The position numbers and the translations under genes were made by a program. A model generated the notes under the pieces. That model saw only the letters and a list, made by a program, of their open reading frames with translations, had not been told where the DNA came from and did not search any database. Positions 43,659-53,542 of a stretch of 64,000 bases of DNA are shown here, piece after piece. The stretch is from Phycisphaerales bacterium (GTDB lineage: Bacteria > Planctomycetota > Phycisphaerae > Phycisphaerales > UBA1924), in contig OZ245777.1 in NCBI GenBank assembly GCA_965227775.1, forward strand, positions 2,336,001 through 2,400,000. Direction: 5' to 3'. How positions within the stretch are numbered: the first letter of the stretch is position 1; every line of letters starts with the position of its first letter.

Positions 43659-44648
43659 ATGACTCGCAAGACGACCGCCCTGACCATCGCTGCCGTCGCT
43701 GGCCTTGCCACCGCCGCCTTCGCCCTTAGCTCCGCCCCGAGCGGCTCGAAGCAAGACTCCTGCCAGAGCGCGTGCGGCTACGAGAAGAGCGATTCGCAGG
43801 CCGTGACCATGGTCTCCGCCAACACGGCCGACGACACCATCGTGGGCGTCGCGGCAGAGGCTGGCCAATTCAGGACGCTGCTGGCTGCCGCCACGGCCGC
43901 CGGCCTGGCCGACGCTCTGAGCAGCAGTGGCCCGCTGACCGTGTTCGCCCCGACCGACGAGGCTTTCGCCAAGCTGGGCCAGGGAACTATTAACGACCTG
44001 CTGAAGCCCGAGAACAAGCAGAAGCTTGTCAGCATCCTGACCTACCACGTCGTGAGCGGCGAGATGCCGGCCAGCAAGGTGCTGAGCAGCAACGACGCAA
44101 CCACGCTCAACGGCCAGCGCATCGACTTCTCGCAGAACGAGCGTGGTGCGTTCGTTGACAACGCCCGCATCATCGCGACCGACGTTGACGCGAGCAACGG
44201 CGTGATCCACGTGATCGATAGCGTGATCATCCCCGAGACCAAGAATCTGGCCCAGGTTGCCGTTGGTGATGGCCGCTTCACCATCCTCGCCAAGGCCGTC
44301 GAGGCCGCCGGCCTGACGAGCGCCCTGACCGGCGACGATGCCCTGACCGTGTTCGCCCCGACCGACGAGGCGTTTGGCAAGCTTCCCCAGGGGACGCTCG
44401 AGGAGCTGCTGCGTCCTGAGAATCGCGACACGCTCGTCAAGATCCTGACCTACCACGTCGTTCCCGGCCGCGTGTACGCTCGCGAAGCCGTTGGTGCCCA
44501 GCGTGCGGCAACGCTGCAGGGCGACACCGTCCGCGTTGGCATCGACAACGGACGCCTGACCATCGACGGCGCCAACGTCATCAACAGCGACATCGAGACG
44601 AGCAACGGCGTCATCCACGTCATCGACTCGGTGATCCTGCCCGACTGA
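43659..44648 (+). CDS. Secreted protein with two fasciclin (FAS1) domains
   Basis: Two copies of TVFAPTDEAF...ILTYHVV...SNGVIHVIDSV; SD AAAGGAGG. Confidence 0.95.
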   Translation: MTRKTTALTIAAVAGLATAAFALSSAPSGSKQDSCQSACGYEKSDSQAVTMVSANTADDTIVGVAAEAGQFRTLLAAATAAGLADALSSSGPLTVFAPTDEAFAKLGQGTINDLLKPENKQKLVSILTYHVVSGEMPASKVLSSNDATTLNGQRIDFSQNERGAFVDNARIIATDVDASNGVIHVIDSVIIPETKNLAQVAVGDGRFTILAKAVEAAGLTSALTGDDALTVFAPTDEAFGKLPQGTLEELLRPENRDTLVKILTYHVVPGRVYAREAVGAQRAATLQGDTVRVGIDNGRLTIDGANVINSDIETSNGVIHVIDSVILPD

Positions 44649-44728
44649 TTGCACTCAGCTCTCTCCGTGCCGTTTGCCCGGCCGATCCAAGGCGTCCGGG
44701 CGACGGCTTCCCACTCCGACGTGTCCAC

Positions 44729-44750
44729 CCCCGGCGCGTCGGGGTTTTTT
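44729..44750 (+). terminator. Intrinsic terminator
   Basis: CCCCGG-CGCG-TCGGGG then T6. Confidence 0.7.
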
Positions 44751-44781
44751 GCTTACGGATTCGTCTGAGCCCGCGTAAGAG

Positions 44782-45528
44782 GTGTGTATGGAATTAGTGC
44801 GCGACGACATCGGTGCCTCCGTCCTCACGACCACGGGCTTGTTGCCATTGCGGTGGATCGTCTGCGTCGGCCGAAACTATGGTGAGCACGCGAAGGAAAT
44901 GGCCTCGGCTGCCGCAGCGACGAGTGCGAGCGGCAGCGCCGAGCACCCGACCGTGTTCGCCAAGAGCCCGGCCTCGGTCATCCTGCACGAGGACGAGATC
45001 GCGTTGCCGTCATGCTGCGTCGATGACTCGACCGGTGGCGAGCAGGTCGACTACGAGGGTGAGCTTGCGGTCATCATCGGCACGCCAGCGCGCGACGTGC
45101 CGGTGGGGGATGCGCTCGCTCACGTCCTGGGCTATTGCTGCGCAAACGACGTCTCTGCTCGCTGGTGGCAGAAGCACGGTGGCGGCGGCCAGTTCGTACG
45201 CGGCAAGAGCTTTGACACCTTCTGCCCGCTCGGACCGCGCATCACGCCCGCGCAGGGAATCGACCCGACCGTTCTCACGCTGACCACTCGCCTCAATGGC
45301 GAGGTCATGCAGCATGCCTCGACCAGCGACTTGATCTACAACGTTGCCGACGTCATCAGCCGACTGAGCCAAGGCGCGACGCTACCAGCGGGCACTGTCA
45401 TCCTGACGGGCACCCCCAGCGGTGTCGGAGCCGCCCGTACGCCTCCGAGGTATCTGAGGCCGGGCGACATCGTCGAGATCGAGATCGAAGGGCTTGGCGT
45501 GCTGCGCAATGCGGTTGTGGCTGAGTAA
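44782..45528 (+). CDS. Fumarylacetoacetate hydrolase family protein
   Basis: CVGRNYGEH, DYEGELAVIIG, NDVSAR, GKSFDTFCPLGP, ILTGTPSGVG. Confidence 0.93.
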   Translation: MCMELVRDDIGASVLTTTGLLPLRWIVCVGRNYGEHAKEMASAAAATSASGSAEHPTVFAKSPASVILHEDEIALPSCCVDDSTGGEQVDYEGELAVIIGTPARDVPVGDALAHVLGYCCANDVSARWWQKHGGGGQFVRGKSFDTFCPLGPRITPAQGIDPTVLTLTTRLNGEVMQHASTSDLIYNVADVISRLSQGATLPAGTVILTGTPSGVGAARTPPRYLRPGDIVEIEIEGLGVLRNAVVAE

Positions 45529-45633
45529 GGCCGACAAACAGGTGCGCTAGGGCGCTGCGAGGCGTTCAGCGTCGACGTCGGCCACGCATGTTCTCTAACT
45601 GCCAACGGGTTTCTCGGTCGCTGGATTTCCTCC

Positions 45634-46974
45634 CTAGCAACCAGCATCGAACTCGTTCTGGAAGGCAAGGAAGTCGAAGATCGTGAATTCTCCGTCGCCG
45701 TCGAAGTCGGCGATCGGGTCGGCGGCGTCGAAGGCGTTCTGGAACACTAGGAAATCGAAGATCGTCAGCTCACCGTCTCCGTCAAGGTCGGCTGGGCAAT
45801 CGTCGCCGATTGCGTCCCACAAGTCGAGATCGGTGGCATCGATCACGCAGTCATCGTTGAGATCGGCGTCGGGGTTGAAGCCCGGGTCTGGACATGTCAT
45901 TCCCTGGGCCGCATCGATCACGTCGCGGTCCTCCATGGTCACCTCCCCGTCCCCGTTCGCATCGCCAAAGGTCGCCGTTAGTGCCTCGCCACGCTCGGGG
46001 TATGAGAATCCTTCGGCCTCGCTGGTGACTGATACGTGATCGGGCAGAGGCGTGCCACCGGGGCCTGTCACACCCGCGAATCCCACGCCGCGGCCAAAGG
46101 TTGCTGCCGCAGTGGCGGATCCCGTGACCGCACAGAAGAACCCACCGCACTTGGCGCTGACTTCGACCTCGGCCTCGCCGTTGACGTTGAGTGGCACGCG
46201 TGTCTCTCCGGCGGGCACGTCCATCGAAATGGTGACAACCGAGTTGATGTTGTCTTGCTCCGGGATAACACTGACGCTCTCGACCATGATCTCACGTGAG
46301 GGAAACGACATGCCGCCGGCCGAGCCGCTCAGCGACATGCGTGCCCGTCCGTAGGTTTCATCGGCTGCGCCGAACGACTCGGCACCCAGGATGCTCCCGT
46401 TGATGAAGGCCGAGAACTCGATGGTCGTGGGTTCGGCAGCGGTGATAACGATGGTGTCCGACCACGAGATCGTGCTCTTGGCTTTGCGAACAAAACGGGT
46501 GCCGGTGCCGAATGAAACGGTGTAGAGCGAGATCCCACCCGACATGGTCCCGTAGTCTTCGGTGATCGTGACGCCGCATGGCGTAGGGATGAGGCTTGGT
46601 GTCGGTAAGCCTCCGTCGGCGATGGCCGCTGCGCCGCCAGTCACCGTTCCGCCGTAGCTATAACCCACATTGAAGTCGAAGTCGTCGCCCACCTGCGCAG
46701 TAGCGGTAAATCCCAAGAAGTCCCACTCGAAGCACTGCGAGTAGGTTACTTCGGGAGGATCAAAATCGACAGGGGTCGTCGATCCGGCGCGGCCTTGCTC
46801 ACCTTCGACCGTGATCGTGACCTGGCCGAACGCGGCGCCGCAGGTCAGCAAAAGTGCCGCCGCGAGCACGCCTCGGACGGTTCGACGCTCTCCGAGCCCC
46901 GAATTGTTCCGGGTGGGCAGATTCGCCTTCGGGATCAGGCGTGCGGGATTCGAAGCGATCATGATGCTGGCCAT
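45634..46974 (-). CDS. Secreted beta-rich protein with tandem dockerins
   Basis: SD AGGAG, signal AFG|Q, GDANGDGEVT...ADLNDDCVIDATD followed by CPADLDGDGELTIFDF...FDAGC. Confidence 0.75.
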   Translation of the reverse strand: MASIMIASNPARLIPKANLPTRNNSGLGERRTVRGVLAAALLLTCGAAFGQVTITVEGEQGRAGSTTPVDFDPPEVTYSQCFEWDFLGFTATAQVGDDFDFNVGYSYGGTVTGGAAAIADGGLPTPSLIPTPCGVTITEDYGTMSGGISLYTVSFGTGTRFVRKAKSTISWSDTIVITAAEPTTIEFSAFINGSILGAESFGAADETYGRARMSLSGSAGGMSFPSREIMVESVSVIPEQDNINSVVTISMDVPAGETRVPLNVNGEAEVEVSAKCGGFFCAVTGSATAAATFGRGVGFAGVTGPGGTPLPDHVSVTSEAEGFSYPERGEALTATFGDANGDGEVTMEDRDVIDAAQGMTCPDPGFNPDADLNDDCVIDATDLDLWDAIGDDCPADLDGDGELTIFDFLVFQNAFDAADPIADFDGDGEFTIFDFLAFQNEFDAGC

Positions 46975-47140
46975 GTATTCTCTCCTGGTTGCTGTGGCTC
47001 GCTTTGAACTCGGTGTCGGCTGTCGTCGACCGGGCCACGAGATGAGTCATCAGTCAGAGAATAGCTGGGTGTTACTTGCTCGTCATCAAACACAAGTTTC
47101 GTCGAGATCGCATGAGACGAAGCAAGAACCTCACCTGGTG

Positions 47141-48139
47141 CTATGCGCAGCCGGCGTCGAAAGCGCTCTGGAAGGCGAGGAAGTCGAAGAGGGTGAGCGA
47201 GCCGTCGCCATCAAAGTCGGCGATGGGATTGCTGGTGTCGAAGAGGTTCTGGAACTCGAGGAAGTCGAAGACTGTCAGCGCGCCATCGCTGTCGAGGTCG
47301 GCCGGGCATCCAGGTGGTCCGCACTGGCTCAGAAGCACGCTGACGTCGTTGCCGGCCAGGTTCGCCGTGACTACGTCTGCGTCGCCGTCGGCGTCGAGAT
47401 CGGCGATGGCGACTGAGACGGGCCGGAAGCCGGCGCCATAGAGCACCTGCGGCGCGAACGAGCCATCACCGTTGTTCAGGAGCACGCCGACGTCGGCGAA
47501 CGTGACGCCGCTGTTGGCAATGGCCAGATCAGCATCGCCGTCGCCGTCGAGGTCGGCGAGTGCCACCGACGCGGGTGCGTCGTCCGCGGCGTAGCGCACC
47601 TCGGGCGCGTAGGAACCGTCCCCGTTGTTCAACAGTACAGTGACGTCGTCGCTGTTCGTGTTCGCGACGGCCAGGTCTGCGTCGCCATCGGCGTCGAGAT
47701 CGCCAATCGCTACGGCCGCCGTCCCGGCGCCTGCGTCGAACTTCGCATCCGGTCCAAATGTGCCGTCGCCGTTGTTGAGTAGAACGCTGACGCTGCCGTC
47801 GGCTTCGTTCGCGACGGCAAGATCATGGTTCCCGTCGCCATCGAGGTCGCTGATCGCGACCGACACCGGCGAGCTGCCCGTGCCGTATCGCACCTGGGGC
47901 GCGAAAGTCGCGTCGCCGCTATTGAGTAGCACGCCCAAGGTGGAGCCAAACCGGTTTGCGACGACGAGGTCGGCGTCGGCGTCACCATCCAAGTCGCCTA
48001 TAGCTACGGAGATCGGCAGGTCGCCCGCCTCGTAGGGCACGGGAGGCGAGAAGATCTCAAGAGGGTCGCAGGTTTGGGCGAGCGCTGGCAGAGACAGGCC
48101 GGAGGTCAGTGCGGCCACGACGAGGCGTTCTGTGGGCAT
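47141..48139 (-). CDS. Secreted VCBS/FG-GAP repeat protein with GC-type dockerin
   Basis: Five GDLDGDGDADLAVAN...VLLNNGDG repeats; ends FDAGCA; SD GAGGAG. Confidence 0.85.
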   Translation of the reverse strand: MPTERLVVAALTSGLSLPALAQTCDPLEIFSPPVPYEAGDLPISVAIGDLDGDADADLVVANRFGSTLGVLLNSGDATFAPQVRYGTGSSPVSVAISDLDGDGNHDLAVANEADGSVSVLLNNGDGTFGPDAKFDAGAGTAAVAIGDLDADGDADLAVANTNSDDVTVLLNNGDGSYAPEVRYAADDAPASVALADLDGDGDADLAIANSGVTFADVGVLLNNGDGSFAPQVLYGAGFRPVSVAIADLDADGDADVVTANLAGNDVSVLLSQCGPPGCPADLDSDGALTVFDFLEFQNLFDTSNPIADFDGDGSLTLFDFLAFQSAFDAGCA

Positions 48140-48242
48140 CTCGGGACTCCTCACTGCTGCCAGCATACCGGGCCTTGCCTGCGCACGCAAGAGCAATCCG
48201 GGCGGGCGCCCCGGTCGCGTGAGAAAGGGGGCGAGGTGCGCG

Positions 48243-50024
48243 CTACGGGCAGCCGGCGAGAAAGTCGTTCACGAACGCGAGGAAGTCGAAGACGTCCAGC
48301 GTGCTGTTGTCGTCGAAGTCGGCCTTCGCCTCGCCGCGGTCGAAGAACAGGTTGAAGGCCAGAAAATCGATGATCGTCAGCTCGCCGTCGCAGTCGAGGT
48401 CGGGCCGGCACGGCCTGGGCGAGCGTCCGAACACGACGTAGGTCTCGCCGTCCGCGATACCGCTGCCGAAGAAGGGGCGCGCATTGGGCGCGGAGATGAT
48501 GGCGTCGTCCACGCCATCGCCGTTGAGGTCGCCCACGGACCCCACGCCGGTGCCGCTGCGGTCGTCGGGGTCGAGCCCATCGAGGCGAACGCCGTTGCGA
48601 CCATCGAGGTCGGCAAGATGCAGCACGGCGGGGAACGGCGAATCCGCCGGCCGGCCGAACACGATCGACGTCTCGCCTGCCGATTGCTGGCGGATCGGGT
48701 CGGCCTGGGGTGCTCCGATTATGACATCGGGCAGCCCGTCGCCGTTGGTATCGCCCGCCGACGCGACGGACAAGCCGCTCGCGTCGCCCGCGTCGACTCC
48801 GAGGATCGCGAAGCCGTTCGTTCCATCGATGTCGTCGGTAGTCAGCCGAGCGGGGAAGGGGTTGCTCGCGTCCCGGCCGTAGAGGACGTAGGTGGAGTTG
48901 CGGCCGAGTGCGCCGATGATGGCGTCGTCGCGACCGTCGCCGTTGAGGTCTTTTGCGGCGGCGACGCTGCTTCCCAAAACATCCCGACGCTCGGTGCCGT
49001 CAAAGCGGAATCCATCGGTGCCGTCGAGTTCGGCGAGTAATAGGGAGGCCGGAAACGGTGAGCCCGCGGGACGCCCGTAGACAACGAAGCACGAGCCGGC
49101 GTCGTCCTGGCCGTCAGGCGACGAAGCGTTTGCGCCCATCAGAACATCATCGATGCCATCGCCGTTCAAGTCGCCAGCGCCTGAGACGGTCAAGCCCAGC
49201 CGGTCTTCGATCTCGGTCCCGATCAGCTTGAATCCGTTGGTGCCGTCGACGTCGCCCAGCGAGAAGCTCACGGGAAACGGATCATCGGCGGGCCGCCCGA
49301 AGATGACGTAGCACTCGCCCGGGCGATCTTGCCGGCCCGGCGATCCGATGATCACGTCGTCGATGCCGTCGCTGTTGAGATCACCGGCGCCGCCGACGTC
49401 GAGGCCGGCGTAGTCGTCGGTCTGTGGGCCGACCATCCTGAATCCCGTGCTCGCGTCGAGGGTGGCCAGGAACAAGATGTCCGGGAATGGAGGATCGCTC
49501 GCGTGGCGTCCAAAGATGACGTACGCGGCGCCCGCGCCCACGCGACCATCAATCCTGGCGCCCGGATTCCCGAGGATGATGTCCTCGAGACCATCGCCGT
49601 TAACGTCGCCCGCCCGCGCGACGCTGAAGCCCGCTGGTGAGCCGAGTCCTGGCTCTGCACGGATCTGGATGCCGATTGGCAGTGGCGTCCGGCCGAGCTC
49701 GATGAACGCTGGGAACGGGTCGTCCGGCCCCCGGCCAAACACGATGAAGACGATCGACTCGTCCGCGATGATCGCGTCGTCGAACCCGTCGCCATTGATG
49801 TCGACGCCTCCGCCTACGGCTCCGATTCGCATGCTTTCTGCGCCCGCGAAGCGAATGCCGATCTGCCCGTCGAGGGTCGTGAGATCGATGGCCGCGGGGA
49901 ATGGCTCGGATAGCGGATCGCACTGGGCCAGTGCCGGGAGGACGGGTGTGATGAGCGCGAAGATGCCAGCGGCGAGAACCGCCGGGCCACGGCATCGGGC
50001 GTGTGCAGAGCGCAGCGTCAACAA
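48243..50024 (-). CDS. Secreted FG-GAP/integrin-alpha repeat protein with GC-type dockerin
   Basis: Seven AGDxNGDGxDD..IGAP...YVIFGR repeats; ends FLAGCP; TTG start after GGAGAGGGGAG inferred. Confidence 0.85.
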   Translation of the reverse strand: MLTLRSAHARCRGPAVLAAGIFALITPVLPALAQCDPLSEPFPAAIDLTTLDGQIGIRFAGAESMRIGAVGGGVDINGDGFDDAIIADESIVFIVFGRGPDDPFPAFIELGRTPLPIGIQIRAEPGLGSPAGFSVARAGDVNGDGLEDIILGNPGARIDGRVGAGAAYVIFGRHASDPPFPDILFLATLDASTGFRMVGPQTDDYAGLDVGGAGDLNSDGIDDVIIGSPGRQDRPGECYVIFGRPADDPFPVSFSLGDVDGTNGFKLIGTEIEDRLGLTVSGAGDLNGDGIDDVLMGANASSPDGQDDAGSCFVVYGRPAGSPFPASLLLAELDGTDGFRFDGTERRDVLGSSVAAAKDLNGDGRDDAIIGALGRNSTYVLYGRDASNPFPARLTTDDIDGTNGFAILGVDAGDASGLSVASAGDTNGDGLPDVIIGAPQADPIRQQSAGETSIVFGRPADSPFPAVLHLADLDGRNGVRLDGLDPDDRSGTGVGSVGDLNGDGVDDAIISAPNARPFFGSGIADGETYVVFGRSPRPCRPDLDCDGELTIIDFLAFNLFFDRGEAKADFDDNSTLDVFDFLAFVNDFLAGCP

Positions 50025-50156
50025 GAGTGGCTCCCCTCTCCCCGGACACTCAGCACTTAGGAGTCGGTGCCCGGCAACGAGTGCAAACCGGTTCGCCCGC
50101 TGTGCGGTTACGGTTTCCGATCTCGTAATGCCCCGCATGCTCCCTACCCTCGCCCC

Positions 50157-51230
50157 ATGACCACGCCGCCCGATACCGCGACGGACTTCCTGGCGACCCT
50201 GGATGCCCTGCAGGCCGATGGCTTGGCCAAGCTCGATTCCGTTGGCGATGCCGCCGCCCTGGAGGCCTGGCGCGTGGCGTTCCTGGGATCCAAGGGCCGG
50301 CTCAAGGCCGCCATGTCGGGAATGAAGGACGTGCCCAAGGAGGGCAAGCCGGCGGCGGGGCAGAAGGCCAACGCCGTGAAGACGGCGCTCGAGGGTGCGT
50401 TCGAGGGCAAGAAGGGGTTGCTGGCTGGAGTTGGGGGTACCGATGGGAGCGGCGGTGGGGCGAGCGTAGATCTCACCGAGCCGGGGCTGCATACGGCGAG
50501 CGCCCTCGGGCGACGGCACATCCTGATGCAGGTCCGGGCCGAGCTGGTTGAGGTGTGTGCCCGCCTGGGCTTCGCTGTCGCCAGCGGGCCCGAGCTCGAG
50601 GACGACGAGCACAACTTCGTGAAGCTCAACATCCCGGCGGACCACCCGGCCCGCGACCCGATCGACAACTTCTACGTCGACGATCCGGCCAAGAGCGAGC
50701 GGCCGCGCATGCTGCGTAGCCAGACCTCGACCGTGCAGATCCGCACAATGGAGCGGGCGGTGAAGGAAGGCTGGGGCCCGCCGCTCAAGGTGATCAGCCC
50801 CGGACGCGTGTACCGGCCCGACACTGTCGACGCGACGCACTCGTTCATGTTCCACCAGCTCGAAGGCCTGTACATCGATGAGGGCGTGTCGATGGTCGAT
50901 CTCAAGACGACGCTGCTCCAGTTCGCCGAGGCGTATTTCGGCAAGGGCGCGCAGATCCGCCTGCGGCCCAGCTTCTTCCCCTTCACCGAGCCGAGCGCCG
51001 AATTCGACATGATGATTGCGTTGCGGCCCGGCGACGAGCCTAAGTGGATCGAGCTTGGCGGATGCGGCATGGTCGACCCGAATGTGCTTGAGGCCTGCGG
51101 CATTGACTCCGAGCGATGGAGCGGCTTCGCCTGGGGCTTCGGTATCGAGCGCCTGGCGATGGGCAAGTACGGCATCCCGGACATCCGCATGCTCTTCGAG
51201 AACGATCTTCGCTTCTTGAAGCAGTTCTAA
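50157..51230 (+). CDS. pheS: Phenylalanine-tRNA ligase alpha subunit
   Basis: HPARD, LRSQTSTVQ, PGRVYR, FHQLEG, RPSFFPFTEPS, GFGIERLAM. Confidence 0.97.
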   Translation: MTTPPDTATDFLATLDALQADGLAKLDSVGDAAALEAWRVAFLGSKGRLKAAMSGMKDVPKEGKPAAGQKANAVKTALEGAFEGKKGLLAGVGGTDGSGGGASVDLTEPGLHTASALGRRHILMQVRAELVEVCARLGFAVASGPELEDDEHNFVKLNIPADHPARDPIDNFYVDDPAKSERPRMLRSQTSTVQIRTMERAVKEGWGPPLKVISPGRVYRPDTVDATHSFMFHQLEGLYIDEGVSMVDLKTTLLQFAEAYFGKGAQIRLRPSFFPFTEPSAEFDMMIALRPGDEPKWIELGGCGMVDPNVLEACGIDSERWSGFAWGFGIERLAMGKYGIPDIRMLFENDLRFLKQF

Positions 51231-51766
51231 TGGCGGCGGGGGGCGATGGCATCGAGGTGCGTCGGCTGACGCCGACGGATACCGAGGCGTATGTCACCAC
51301 CCGACAGCGGATGCTGCGCGAGGAGCCGTGGTCGTTCGGCTCCAGCCCCTCCGACGATCTGGATCGCGAATGGCAGCGGGCCCGCGACATGCTGGGCGAT
51401 GAGGACTGGGCCTGCATCGCGGCGATGTCCGGCGACGCCATCGTCGCAACGGCCCGGCTCTTTCGAACGACCCGACCGAAGCAGGCCCACGCGGCCTCGA
51501 TCGTGAGCGTGTGGACGGATCCGGCCTATCGCGGTCGCGGGCTGGGCAGGCGCGTCCTGCTGGCGGCAATCGATACTGCGCGAGGCTGGCCCGGCATCGA
51601 TCTGATCGAGTTGAGCGTCAGCGAACGCAGCGAGCCGGCTCTGAAGCTGTACGAGTCTCTGGGCTTCAAGCGCTGGGGCGTCCAGCCCGACGCCATGCGC
51701 GTGGGCGGCGAGTCGGCGGCCGAGCACTACATGCAGCTGGCGATGGCGGACGTCATCCGCTCGTGA
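51230..51766 (+). CDS. GNAT acetyltransferase
   Basis: VWTDPAYRGRGLG, ALKLYESLGF; TAATG coupling to pheS. Confidence 0.88.
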   Translation: MAAGGDGIEVRRLTPTDTEAYVTTRQRMLREEPWSFGSSPSDDLDREWQRARDMLGDEDWACIAAMSGDAIVATARLFRTTRPKQAHAASIVSVWTDPAYRGRGLGRRVLLAAIDTARGWPGIDLIELSVSERSEPALKLYESLGFKRWGVQPDAMRVGGESAAEHYMQLAMADVIRS

Positions 51767-51857
51767 TCACGAACGTCAAGATGTCGTGAAGACCGGCTCG
51801 CTCGGCGATCCAGTTCCACGCGTTCGCTACGCTGGGCAAGGACTCGAAGGAGCAACC

Positions 51858-52799
51858 ATGCGCATGCAGACACCCGCACGAGTCGTGCTTTTTGCGGTCT
51901 TGTTTGGCGGTCTCTTGATGGCCCTCGGTGTGTATCAGCCGACGAAGGACGACGAAACCCTCGTTCTCGCCCACCGCGGCGCCTCGGGCCACCTTCCCGA
52001 GCACACGCTCGCTGCCTACACGCTCGCGTGGTCGATGGGGGCCGACTACTTGGAGCCCGACGTCGTGTTGACGAAGGACGGCGTGGCGATTTGTGCCCAC
52101 GACGTCAACATGGAGCGGGTGACGGACGTCGCCGAACGGTTTCCGGATCGGGCCCGTGAGGACGGCAAGTGGTACTGGATCGACTTCACGCTCGACGAGG
52201 TGCGCACGCTGCGCGTCACGTATGCCGGCGCGGGCGCGCAAGTCGGGGGCGCGGTGCCGACGTTCGAGGAGTTCCTGCGGCTGGTCGATCGGCTGAACGC
52301 TATCGGCGGCAAGGACGGGCGGGCGTCGGTGGGCGTGATCCCCGAGCCCAAGCGGCCAGGGTTCCACCACGCAGCCGGTCACAACGTGGAGATGCGGGTG
52401 TGGACCACGCTGGTCGCGCGCGGCTACGCGACCGAGGACGACCTGGCGATCATCCAGTGCTTCGACCTCGGCGCGCTCGAAGCGCTCGAACAAGCCGGCT
52501 GCGAGATTCGCCTCGTCTGGCTGATAGGCGAAGCACCGACTGACGCGGATCTCCAGCGAGCCGCGTTGTTCTGCCACGGACTTGGCCCGAATCGCAAGCT
52601 GCTGGAAGACGAGGCAACGGGCGAGCCGCTAACGCTGCTGGCGAGGGCGCGTGAAATGGGCCTGGCTCTCTACCCATACACGTTCAAGGACGAGCCCGAG
52701 GCGACTTCGCGGTTCTTCCACGAGCACGGGGTCGACGGGTTGTTCACCGACTTCCCGGGCGTGGGCCGGCGGGCCGCCGATGGCGGGGGACCCCCCTAA
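51858..52799 (+). CDS. Glycerophosphodiester phosphodiesterase
   Basis: AHRGASG..PEHT, EPDVVLTKDG, HD, GLFTDFP; signal peptide. Confidence 0.92.
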   Translation: MRMQTPARVVLFAVLFGGLLMALGVYQPTKDDETLVLAHRGASGHLPEHTLAAYTLAWSMGADYLEPDVVLTKDGVAICAHDVNMERVTDVAERFPDRAREDGKWYWIDFTLDEVRTLRVTYAGAGAQVGGAVPTFEEFLRLVDRLNAIGGKDGRASVGVIPEPKRPGFHHAAGHNVEMRVWTTLVARGYATEDDLAIIQCFDLGALEALEQAGCEIRLVWLIGEAPTDADLQRAALFCHGLGPNRKLLEDEATGEPLTLLARAREMGLALYPYTFKDEPEATSRFFHEHGVDGLFTDFPGVGRRAADGGGPP

Positions 52800-52827
52800 A
52801 CTGACCCAGCCAGCAGCGGAGGGTCCG

Positions 52828-53415
52828 ATGGAAGAGCAGCACGACAAGCCCGAGGCCGACGCGCCGAAGACCGATGCGCCCAAGTCCGACACCCGCGAGC
52901 GCGTCGATCGCGCTGCGGCCGCCGGCCTGCCTAGCGAGTTCGGACCCGAGGTCCGCGTGCTGAAGCTTCGGCCGGCGATGTTCCGGGCACGACCGTTTTC
53001 GTTCATCGGGCTGGTGCTGGTCATGACGGCGGCGGGCGTGCTGGCGCTCTACGCCGCCGTACGCAAGGAGCCGCTGTGGCCGGGCGACACGTTCTGGCTC
53101 ATCATCTGCTTGCTGGTCTTCGTGGCCGCTGCCATCACCATGTTCGTGTGGTACCTGCTCAAGCTCAGCGCCGCGCTCGAGATCACCACCAAGCGCACGA
53201 CCGAGAGCCACGGCCTGTTCAGCCGGGCGACGAGCGAGGTCCTGCACGACAACATCCGCAACATCGCCGTGAAGCAGAGCTTCATTGACCGCGTCTTCAA
53301 CGTCGGAAAGCTCGAGATTTCCAGCTCCGGCCAGTCCGGCGTCGAGATCACGATGAAGGACGTCAAGGACCCGCACGGCGTGCGGGAGAAGATCGACAAG
53401 TATCGCGAGTTGTAA
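52828..53415 (+). CDS. Bacterial PH-domain membrane protein
   Basis: Two TMs, then ITTKR...IRNIAVKQSFIDRVFNVGKLEI. Confidence 0.8.
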   Translation: MEEQHDKPEADAPKTDAPKSDTRERVDRAAAAGLPSEFGPEVRVLKLRPAMFRARPFSFIGLVLVMTAAGVLALYAAVRKEPLWPGDTFWLIICLLVFVAAAITMFVWYLLKLSAALEITTKRTTESHGLFSRATSEVLHDNIRNIAVKQSFIDRVFNVGKLEISSSGQSGVEITMKDVKDPHGVREKIDKYREL

Positions 53416-53542
53416 ATTGTGTTTTGCTTGAGTCGCCCCGCGACTCGTGCGGGCGTTCGGGCGAAAGGAAAACTGCCATTGCGCATCGTCGGGCTTCGGG
53501 TATGCTGCCTCTCAGGGGATGGCAGCCCCGGAGGAGGCCCAG

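Noticed and set aside
47330..48030. Regularly spaced DNA repeats resembling a CRISPR or DGR array
   Set aside because: They are in-frame FG-GAP/VCBS coding repeats with synonymous variation; no cas or reverse transcriptase gene in the window.
50025..50855. N-terminal 277 aa of the 870-aa ORF 48243..50855
   Set aside because: Mostly antisense to pheS; the signal peptide and SD place the real start near 50024.
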